Assembly (NCBI GenBank): GCA_040954595.2
Contig: CM082588.2
Location: 12,475,398-12,539,397, forward strand
From: Balanoglossus misakiensis
Lineage: Eukaryota > Animalia > Hemichordata
Length of the DNA stretch: 64,000 nt
Direction: 5' to 3'
Within the stretch, counting starts at the first letter, position 1; every line of letters starts with the position of its first letter. Shown here piece after piece: positions 11,170-21,330 of this stretch. The notes under the pieces were generated by a model. It was not told the DNA's origin and did not search any database. It saw only the letters and a list, made by a program, of their open reading frames with translations. A program made the translations under genes and the position numbers.

Positions 11170-12290
11170 TTTTTAGGTCCCATTGGTATGTACCATGGGA
11201 CCTTATGGGATTGGTTACGTCTGTATGTATGTATGGATGGATGGATGGATGGATGTCTGTATGTCCGTCCACATCAAAAATTTGAAAACCGCAGCGCGTA
11301 TGACCTCGATATTTGGTGTGTAGATGCAGGCAGGGCTGTAGATGGGAGTTTGTTCAAATGAAGATGTCATTGCCAAAAATATGCAAATTAGCTGGGAAAA
11401 TGTGAAATTGGTCAAAACTCAAAAACTGGACAACCACTGGTCATATTGATTTGAAAATTGGTATGCATGTACCTTATATCAACCTCATACAATCCTGTAT
11501 GTTTTGAGCTAATATTATCGATTTCCTTTTTTTTATGCATTTTTTTGAATTTTTCCATGTTATTGGTAAAAAGTCATTGAAATTTAGTATGAAGCTTCCT
11601 AATGGTTGTCTAAGTAACCATAGTTTTGTTCAAATTGTTGCAAAATGTGCATATCTATAATGTTGAGCAATATTTGCCATTTTTGGTCAAAAAATGTTTT
11701 TCTTTAAAACCTCATGCCAGATTGCTTTGCAATTTGGTAGGCATGTTCGTAGGGGTAACCTAAATAATATGTTGTAAAAAAATGTGATATTTGCATAAAT
11801 GTGTTATCGGGGAAACTTTTGCAATTTTTGTCAAAAATTGTTTTCTCTGAAACAGCTTGTCCTATTGCTTTGAACTTAGGCAGCATGTTCCTTGTAGTGA
11901 TTGAAGTAAGATATTGTACAATTTTGGTGATATTTGCATATTTGGTTTTTGCCATTTTTGAATAAATATTTTCTGTGAAACTGCTTGTTGGATTGCTTTG
12001 AAATTAGATTTTTCTCTGATTGCTTTGAAATTTAGGTTATAATTTCATAACACATACCTGTATATGTGCAACTTTTATTCAATTCTTAGATCACAAAGAT
12101 TAAATATTTAGCGAGTTTTTTTTGGTAAGTTTCTTTGTTTTTGGTTAGCAAATCTTCTCCTAAACAAATTGTCCAGTTGTTTTTAAAGTTACTATTTACA
12201 AGGAGTTGTTACCTCGAACAAAGACATGTTTACATAACTTAAATAGGCCAGCTGTTACAGAGACCACCAGCTATCAAATTTTAATTCCCA
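11170..12290 (+). mobile_element. Helentron/DINE-1/pearl-like non-autonomous element (right boundary approximate)
   Basis: T-run, then a short palindrome aggtcccattggta-tg-taccatgggacct, a (GTAT)/(GGAT) microsatellite, and degenerate ttgaaa(t)ttggtatg-type internal repeats. Confidence 0.55.
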
Positions 12291-13099
12291 GTGGCAGGTC
12301 AGTGTGTGTCTGTTCCAGAGCTGACTGAAAGAAGTTGCTTCGCATATGTGTTTGTACAGACAATTTTTGGTCAATTTTTTTTCTAGCACCACTTGTAAGA
12401 CTGCCATGACACATGACAGTTTATTGGGCATGTTCCTTGTTAATGTTTTTACATTCCATATTTCTATATGGTCAGATCATATCTGCTTGCAAATGTCACC
12501 TGTAATTTTTATTCTGGTGTGTCACTGTTTCCGCATAATCCTCAAATGTCATCAGATCTTCGAATGTGATGAAAACAGTGTGTTTTGAGTGTTTTTTTAA
12601 ATGACCTTTTGGGTTAAAAGTGGCAAAAATGGCAATTTTGTCTTGAAAGGGGTCAATAAGACTGACTTTTTTGGAATCAGCACCATTTTTTACATTGAAT
12701 GGACTAGTCTGCTCAAACTTTCCTTACCAAAAATTCTGTTTAATCTTCTGAAACATGTATACTAGTATACATGTAGCTGCCTGATAGTTTGCCCTGTGTG
12801 TGTAATTGCTGAGTGACATAACACATTCTGTGATTGGTGCAGTCACGTAACCACCAATCAGATCGCTTGTTATAAGGAGAACTGCACGACCTTTAACCGC
12901 ATTAGCATACCTGATTTTAGGACTCGATATTACCTCTGAGGACGCAATATTTAAGTTGAAGTTTTTTTCTTTTATCATATTAGAGCAAGAAGACTTGTTT
13001 TTTATGTAAAAGAAATAGACCCTAATATACAGAGTGCATTTTGAAACGATAGGCAGGTCCGGCCCATAGCCTAATTCTTCATTTTTCTGTCATGCGTAG

Positions 13100-13216
13100 G
13101 AATTGATCAGTGCTAACAACCCATGTCAAAATGGCAGCACTTGCCAACCCTAACCTCGTGTGTGGCATTGACGTGCACCTGCCAAGGATGCTATACTGGG
13201 GAGCGCTGTGAAAATT
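13100..13216 (+). pseudogene. EGF-like exon 10 (frameshifts)
   Basis: IDQC/NPCQNGSTCQP/TSCVALTCTCQGCYTGERCEN, donor gtcagt. Confidence 0.8.
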
Positions 13217-13709
13217 GTCAGTCAGTTTCTTTTGTCAAATTAATCAATATGTGTGGGACTGCTATACATGTATATAAAACAGAATACTGCGATGGAAAAT
13301 TCTATAACTTAATGTTTCAGTGGATATATGACTTAAAGTTAGCAGGTTGCAGTAAATTCAACAGAAAGTGTAATTTCCTCTTGTGTGAGCTCTGTGCGAC
13401 TGTGCCAATGAAAATCTCACCACAAACAAAAATGACAGGTATACACTGTATATTAGCAGCTTTGTCTCTGTAATAGCCATAGTGTTTTGAAGTTGAAAAC
13501 TTGCAAAGTGTGCAGTTTTATTCACACTACAAAGGAAACATTGTTGAAACGGATTATCTGTGTACATTGTCAAACTGTACACTTGTCGTGAGATTTATTC
13601 TCAATTATATTATATCATGCTACAGTCCACAATTCTGATTGGACGAGAGTTCAATTCAGCGATGCTAAAATACTCAATAATGCACTGCTGGCAGTGGTAA
13701 AACGGGCTT

Positions 13710-14903
13710 TCTGTTTGCCACCTGGGTTTGTTCTTTAGGTTGTTGTATGTGTTTACACTCATCATGTTTATTGTAGAACCAGGGTCGATCAGTGAGGCAA
13801 CTGCTGTTTGTTCTATCTGCACTGTTACTCGAGGCCTCCTGCCATTTGATTGTTGTACAGTGAAGCAGTATTCATCTCCCGAGCTGTCTTCCACTTTATG
13901 CACAGCTTTGACAGTTTCATCCTTGTCTACCCTATTTGCCTTGCCTTTTGATCGGCAGCATTTGGCAAAATGGTTATGTTTGCCACACTTCCTGCATGAC
14001 TTGCCTTTAGCTGGACATACTGAGTCATGTGGATAGGTGCCACCACAATAATAACAAGTGGACGGTCCTTTCGCTGGCTGCTGATGAGCTCTCTTTTGTT
14101 TATTTGGTTTCGGGCGTTGGTGGCGCTGTTTTCTGACCGCATTCACAGATGCCGTATCTGCACCATATTTTGGGTTTTCTCCTCAATCCCACTAGCCTGA
14201 ACCTCTGATACCTCAAATGAACGGGCTGTACTCAGTAGATTCTCTAGTGTCGTCTCCTCCCGAAGAGCACGACGTCTGAGACGGGCTGATGTGAATCCTC
14301 GTATGATTTGTGATTTGACCTCTTGATCCTTATTGGTGAAGTCACATATGTTTCTGCTAGGCGTTGCAAACAAGTGTGATAGGCATCAATCGATTCGCCG
14401 TTGTTTTGTATTGTGTCTCTGAAGATGAATCGTTCGTATTCAATGTTCCGTTTGGGTGAGAAGTACGACGTAAGCTTTAATTTGGCTGTTTCACAGCTCG
14501 TTCCTGTATCTGGTAGAGTATCAAAGAAGTCGGAAACTTCCTCACCTGCCCAGTGCAATAGCAGTGCACGTTGTCGCTTGTCATCTGTAATGTTGAATGC
14601 GACAAATGCGTTTTCTACTCTAGCCATGTACTTTTTTCCATCTCGTACTGGTGGTTGTCGGATCTGAATGAATAGGAAAACTCGGCATTGACGGCTAGCT
14701 GATTCTCCATGTTCTCCGTCCTCGTCGCCAAATATAGAATCGTGGGTGGGCAATAATGACAACACGAGACACCAAGTCCGGCATGTAAGAGTGAGAGTGC
14801 TTAGCCTCGTTCACGCACTTTATTCATAATGACCCGAATGTTGCATTACGTCATTTTACAGAATGTATAAAGTATAGATGCTCACCAGTGTTTGGACACT
14901 ACA
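13710..14903 (-). mobile_element. Ty3/gypsy LTR retrotransposon remnant: 5' LTR, PBS, frameshifted gag, start of protease
   Basis: LTR ~14733-14903 (TGTAG...CTATA, aataaa inside); PBS TGGCGACGAGG at 14720-14730; gag (RALLLHWAG...YERFIF) with tandem Zn knuckles CYYCGGTYPHDSVC and CRKCGKHNHFAKCC; protease motif LIDPGS; RT and integrase absent. Confidence 0.9.
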
Positions 14904-15104
14904 ATATACATGTGACTGCAGTGTCTTTCCAATCATGAATTTGCAAGGTGTCCTTCAGAGAAAATCTTCTGATTCTCTTTTCTGATTTGCTTTGCATATA
15001 TAACTTAATGATCTCATTTGTTGGAATTCCCTGTCTCAAATTTTTGATGATCAGTCTCTGCCCAATTGCTCATCGTCCCAACTTTCTTGTGTATTGAAAA
15101 CCAG

Positions 15105-15228
15105 GAATCAACCAATGCGATCCCAATCCGTGCTTGAACAGTGGTTTCTGCCAGATGACATCTGGATCATGTCAACTGTACACATGTTTCTGTCAGAATT
15201 GTTTTCACTGGTGACCTTTGTGAACAAA
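15105..15228 (+). pseudogene. EGF-like exon 11 (+1 frameshift)
   Basis: 124 nt; INQCDPNPCLNSGFCQMTSGSCQLYTCFCQNCF/TGDLCEQ, donor gtaagt. Confidence 0.85.
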
Positions 15229-15399
15229 GTAAGTTTTGATTTATTGTCTTGGGTTAATAATTTATACAGTTCAAAGTATCACCATTTCTTTCAATGTGTA
15301 GATTTTTTTGTTTTTCTCTACAAGTGTAATCAAGATCTGCATGAAAATTTGTGTCGCTGTCACCAAACCCAGCTAGTCCATACAACCAACAGTATGAAT

Positions 15400-18205
15400 C
15401 ACCACCTCATGCTGGGCGTAGCCATAGGCTATACATGCCTGCCGGTATCGAAGGCCATTATGAGTATTGGTACCAGACCCCTCTTAAGAATGAATCATGG
15501 TTCCACCCTTATGGTAAAAAGTAAGATTACTCCATGCTAATAAATGACAATATTAGAATGAAAGTACATTCTAAGTGACTTGTTGGGAGCATCGGGACAA
15601 TTAATCCCGAAAAATTGCAATCGGCCTGATTTTCAGTTAACCAATCTAAAGCCCAACTTTTCGTGTATTTAGTTGGGTTTCTAAAACTAACAAATTTTTT
15701 GACAATATTTATAGCATGATGAACACTACTCTCATCAAATAAAATAATGTTGTGTCGTCCACAACTGGTGTAATTTTTATGTGTTTGGAATCGTAGACAC
15801 CATTTATCTTTTAGTCAACTCTAAATCTAATATAACAGTCGCGAAAATTGCTATGACAAACAAAAAATGAAGTGCTGACAGGGGACACCCTTGTCAGATC
15901 CCTTTGGATGGATAACATTTAGAGAAGACATTGCCATTTTTCAAACATCTAGTATGTGATTATACATAGTTTTAACCCTAACGCTGCCAAGTCAGTTTGA
16001 TATCCAGGGTGCCTAGAATCCTGGCTCCCAGGCCTGTTAGGCTGCCAAGGGCGTGTTACGCAGTAGGGCCTATACAAGACCCTCAAACCAAACCAGAGCA
16101 AACCAGTATGATTTAGTACATTTAAGGGGGGCTTAGACTGCCAAGTGTGTCTAACATATGAGAGCCATGGCAAGACAGTCAAAATACGTTTAGGAAGAAA
16201 AAATGGCAAATACATATTTTAAGGGACTTGACACTCTAAACAGGTATGACACCTAGTAGCATTAGGGTTAAAATATAGCTGCAAGCCAAAATGGTCATCT
16301 GAGGTCACTCGAAATTTGGGCAAAATTGTTTGACCCCATACTGGTCCAGGTCCATCAGAAACCAAACCTTCAGCCCTATTCGTTCGCCTGGAATTAGGTA
16401 TGCACATAATTAATGAGTTAAGCAGTTGTATAGGTGACCTCAAAATTCGGCTTTTCATTTTAGTCCCATCCCTCGAAATGCTAAGGCTGTACCTGCTCTG
16501 GAGGCCGAGATATGAGAAAGTAGATCACCTGAGGTCACCCAAAATTTTATGGAAAAAATTGGACCCCACACTTGTCCATGTCCAACAGAAACAAAACCTC
16601 TAGCCCTATTTGGTAAGCCTAGAATTAGGTATGCACATAATTAATTAGGTCAAAGGTCAAGGGGTAACAAGTACATGTGTATGCTTCATCCCACCAAATA
16701 TGAAGTCTGTAGGTCTAATAGTTACGTACTTATGAGCATTTATGTTATATATAGTTCAAAGGTCACCAAGGTCACGTGACATTGCGGCGAAATGATTTGG
16801 TCCAGTAGTTGTACCTGTCCACCAAAAATCAGCTCCCTAGGTGTATTAGTTAGCGTAGAAGTAGATATGTGTTTTTCAAGGTGCGTCAAAGGTCAAGGGG
16901 TCACCCGAAATTTGGCTTCTCATTTCGGCCCCTTGGTCAGTCCCTGTTCACTCCATAAATGGAGACGTGTTCTGCGCAACCGCAGTACGTGTAACCTCTT
17001 GAACTCAGATGTGCACATGCGTACAGCAGTCCCTGTTCACACCATAAATGGAGACGTGTTCTGCGCAACCACAGCTGGACCTGTGAAAGATCAAATCCGA
17101 TCGACATATTTAGTTTCCGTATATTATATTGACCAATGCAGACTAAATCTAATAGAATTACTACATGTAGTATATCGTGTATAATACACACGTTTGGCAA
17201 TATTGCAGTTTGAGTGTTAGAAGCAGACGTGTATACCCGATCTAAATTTCCGACCTACACATGTACATGTATCACTGTTCACGTGTACATACACCTTAAC
17301 TGCGTTCTGAAAATGACATGGTATTTTCAAAATGTTACCCCAGATTACCCCATCATGTGAGAGCCATGAAACTCACACCCATTGTCCAGCAGTAGTTAGT
17401 TGACTATCCTATTCACTCAAAACAAAAAGAACGGGTGTGAAAAAGTCACTAAAACAGCATTGATACAGAGGTGTATAACACTGTCCATGATTTCAAGAGA
17501 AAAACATGAACGCAGCCCAGGCAGATCGGTCACTGTATGTGGCGATATCTTTCTAAGTATTTCACTCAACTTGTACAGACGATGCCATGCTGTCTTCTGG
17601 AATGTGCTGGTAACGTCACACATCGAAACATATTGATGATGCCCTTCCCTGCGGCTCGGACATCATGAATATTATTAAGGTCAAAGATCACCATCCCTTG
17701 TGCAGGCAAAAGATCATGATATTGCCCTCGCTAACATGTGTTATTATTTAAATACGATGTTGTCATAGCTTTACTATGCAGGTATAGTAAAGCCTATGCC
17801 TTGGTCCAGACCCCCCATGGTCAATGAAAAAATATGAAATATAATGATCAAAAATCTTCTTCTCAAAATCGGCATACCCTAATTTGAAAATTTCGCCCTT
17901 ATATGGTCATCAGGTCACTTGACTAATTTAACATTCACGGACGTACTGCACCAGATCTCATTGGCCTGCATCATTGTGCCAAATTTGAGAATTGTAGGTT
18001 TAGCCGTTTTCAAGATCCTAGTGGCCGATGAAAGTGCCAAAGAAGAAGAAAAATGCCAGCAATACCAATAGGGTCCATAGGGGCTTGGGCCCCTAAAAAC
18101 CCCAGTAATAACAATAGGGGCCCTGCCCATAGGGGCTTGGGCCCCTAAAAACGCGAGTAATACCAATAGGGGCCCCGCCCATAGGGGCTTGGGCCCCTAA
18201 TAAGT
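15400..18205 (-). mobile_element. Long Helentron-like non-autonomous element or nest of elements (boundaries approximate)
   Basis: On the minus strand it starts ttattaggggcccaagcccctatgggcggggcccctattgg (hairpin), then (ttc)n and internal tandem repeats with gtgacc/tgacctttgacc motifs. Confidence 0.45.
18059..18203. repeat. Three tandem ~50-bp palindromic units
   Basis: aata(c/a)caatagggg(cccygcc)cataggggcttgggcccctaa x3; also at ~37935-38077 and ~57080-57222. Confidence 0.85.
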
Positions 18206-18677
18206 TAGTTGTAAAGTTATTACTGAGCTTGAATTTCACTAGCGACTAAAACTAAACAAAAACAAATCAAAGTATCACAAGCTTTATTTTGGTTTGATGT
18301 AGGATGTAATATGCTTATAGCACACTGCCAAATTAATGTCAACCAATAAGACCGGTAGGATATGATCGAAAACCACACGTATTAATGTGTAAAAGGCCGA
18401 ACTTCCCAATAAATTTGGGTAGCCGACTACAGAGTCGAAACGATGCATGAACTGAAGTATCAAGACACATGGACTATTATTGATTGTTTCAGCAATTTGA
18501 CTTAAGTTTATAATTTCCTATGGCAGTTTTTGCCGACAAGAATCAATGCCTGACCAAACAAAATGGACATTTTCACATGATCGTTACTGAGGTCACAAGT
18601 TAGCCAAGCCCTCATACACGCGCTATTCGGACGTATCGGTGATCTGTTTATGTGTTTAGCTAAGGTGGTAAACTGTT

Positions 18678-19510
18678 CATCAATCAATCAATCAATCAAA
18701 ATGACTTATAGAGCACCAAACTCCACTGCAATAGTGTTCAATAGCGCTTTACAATGTAAAGTTATGTTAATAGGCTCTGTTAAACAGATAAGTCTTGATG
18801 TGTTTCTTGAAACTGTCAAGGCTAGGTGACTGGCATACTTCTATTGGGACACTCTTCCAAATGAGTGGGGCGATATACGGTACATGAAGTAGAAATTTGT
18901 CATTTGAACGAAGAAGTCTTGTTGAAGTTTTCAGATGGATTAAGTCAGAGATGTAAGCTGGTGCTGTGTTGTTTAATGCCTTATATGTCATAAGCAAGAT
19001 CTTGTATTGGATTCTATAGTGTACAGGCAACCAATGTAAATCCATGAGAACACGAGTAATATGATCCGTTTTACGGGTATGAGAAACGATCCTGGCTGCA
19101 GAATTCAGGGCATGCTGTAGCATGCATGATGATGGTAAACCACAGAGTAGTGCATTACAGTAGTCCAGTTTTGATGTGATTAGAGCATGAACCAGCATCT
19201 GGCAAACTTCCTTAGTGAGGTAACGGCGAATGTGGCTGATTTGACGCAGATGGAAGAAAATTGACTTGCAAATTGCATTAATGTGCTTATTGAAAGTGTA
19301 ATTGTCGTCGAATGTCACACCTATATTCCATGCAGAATTCACAATTTGAACACAACATGATCCAATGCTCATGTGCTTTATGGTACGAGGCGAGCGGTTG
19401 AACTGAGACCTTATCAGGAGTACCTCGGTTTTGCCACCATTGAGTTGAAGTTTATTATGTGTCATCCAGGTTTTTATTTCGTGAACTGCCCTTTCCAGTT
19501 AAATATCGCA
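18678..19510 (-). mobile_element. L2/CR1-group LINE 3' fragment (RT C-terminal region)
   Basis: WMTHNKLQLNGGKTE...IGVTFD...SKLDYCNALL...LHWLPVHYRIQYKI; 3' (ttga)n tail. Confidence 0.92.
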
Positions 19511-21297
19511 ACTAGCCATAATGTTTGACTGGGGGGAGCACCTATACTAATGCGAGAACCAGGGATTGAAAGTTGCACCTGTGTTTTGATCCCTTAGTTA
19601 CCCTTATAAGTACATTTGTAGTTTAATAACCATAGTTCTATTGCAAACCATTCTTTCCGTAGTTTCTTGTTTCAAATATTGTAATCTGAATTTATTTTGG
19701 TGTTTAACAGGTGTGATTATCTGTATTGGCGGCCATTTTGAAAAATATTGGTTGCCATGGAAACTCTTCAACAGATATTTAGTGACTCGCTATCTGAATT
19801 TGTTCAGTACACATTAACACACATCTGAGCCAAGTTTGGTGCTTTTATCACAAAATACACAATCGATATGAAAATTTGGGTTTTGGTGCTCCACTACATA
19901 AGTAACATTAAGGATGTACGTTCAGTAAAATTGAAAGTATTGTCATTTTTTTTTAATTGTGGATTTTTTTATTCTCCTTTGTATGTATAATGAAAATCCG
20001 TAATAAAATATAGGGGTCACCGGGCTTGTTTTTGAAATACAGAGCCATGAATTTGGTCGATAATAGAAGAAATTTGCTGACTCAGCATTTTTCACCAATG
20101 GTTTGTCTATGGGCAAAATTCTTAACGCAATTTATCTCAAAAAAGAGCGCGGTGACCCCTATATTTTATTTGACCAATGAATTTATATTTGCTGGACTGA
20201 GCTATGTGTAAAATTTCGTGAAAATGACAATAGTAGAAGTTTGTTTTCTCGCGATTATCAATGTAATCCTATGGGAAAAAGACCGGGCGCGCAGTGTTTC
20301 TAGTTTATGTTCTGCGCATACATCCTTGATGAAGTTTGCTGGCTAGAGGGCTCCTAAACCTCCCTAATATTTGACGTCTTCACTCCTACAGGACTGCGCA
20401 GCTGGAAGTTATAGTTCAGCATGTTCTGAAGCATGCACGCTGTGTCCAAGGGTTTCATGTGTGGAACAGCCAGCCTCTCATCACCAACACAATGTGGACA
20501 GGGATATTTTGCCAACAATGGAAGTATAGACTGTACGCCTTGTCCTGCCCCGGGTATAAGTGCCAATATGATGGTATGTCGGAGCCAGAGGTGTGTGAAG
20601 ATGGATGCTACACTAATATAGAGGGTGAGTCAGCACTTAAAGTTTGGGCATTACTGTGTAATCTTTCACTTAAGGTGGACGATCATCTTATGTGCATGTG
20701 CGTAATTCTGTGCGTACAAACATTACGTCCAGTCCAAATATTCTGCCAATTTTACATCCAATGCATTCAAATAGTGGACGGCTTCGCTTTAATCCAGTTT
20801 TCATGTGCATCTATCCACCCACCTTTATTTCCAACATCAAACATTAGGTCAGGTAATTAACTAACTGAATAATAGGATGGGAACATTTTCCATTTCTGTA
20901 TTTAAAATGTACTGATATAATATATGAATGAAAAAATGACAATTTTTCCAAATTTGAATAGACCTCTATTTATGAAAATAATTAAAATTTGCGCCAAATT
21001 TTTACAGTGGTATTTAAAGGTTAACTTGGTGTGTTAATTCTTTGTTTGATTTACAGATCAGCCGGTGCTGAACAGTGTACTATTTGTGAGCAAGGGTACG
21101 CCTGCACAGATCCCAGTGCATCGCAATTCAAGTGTACCAAGGGTTACGTGTCATTGGCTAGTGCAACAAACTGTACCAGATGTACAAATGGTAAGATTGT
21201 GGTACTTGTTCAGTTTGCTGTGTGATGAAACTGAGGGGTATGTCTGTATGCATGTATGTGTTTACAACAGATTTTCAAGTCAGTGCGACTGGGGTTA

Positions 21298-21330
<33 letters not shown>

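Larger units (their letters stand above)
821..15228 (+). pseudogene. Decayed multi-exon gene fragment: 6 Cys-rich (Ephrin_rec_like/GCC2-GCC3-type) exons + 11 eight-Cys EGF-like exons, copy 1
   Basis: 17 segments bounded by pyrimidine-tract/AG acceptors and mostly canonical GT donors, translating to Cys-patterned extracellular modules, with multiple stops and frameshifts; no signal peptide, start exon or TM segment seen. Confidence 0.88.
1..19564. repeat. ~19.5-kb tandem repeat unit, copy 1 (phase set arbitrarily by window start)
   Basis: The sequence attgaaagttgcacctgtg at 1 recurs at 19565, 39032 and 58574, and the whole ORF track repeats with this period. Confidence 0.98.

Noticed and set aside
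821-15228. Assigning a known symbol (NOTCH, SCUBE, SVEP1, fibropellin)
   Set aside because: No LNR/ankyrin, CUB, sushi or avidin exons seen, and the Cys spacing is non-canonical
16936-17075. Two ~45-bp direct repeats (cagtccctgttcac...ctgcgcaacc) as mini-LTRs
   Set aside because: No TG..CA ends, PBS or TSD; looks like a local duplication inside a repeat element
18059-18203. CRISPR-like palindromic direct repeats
   Set aside because: Only three units, essentially no unique spacers, eukaryotic context and no cas genes
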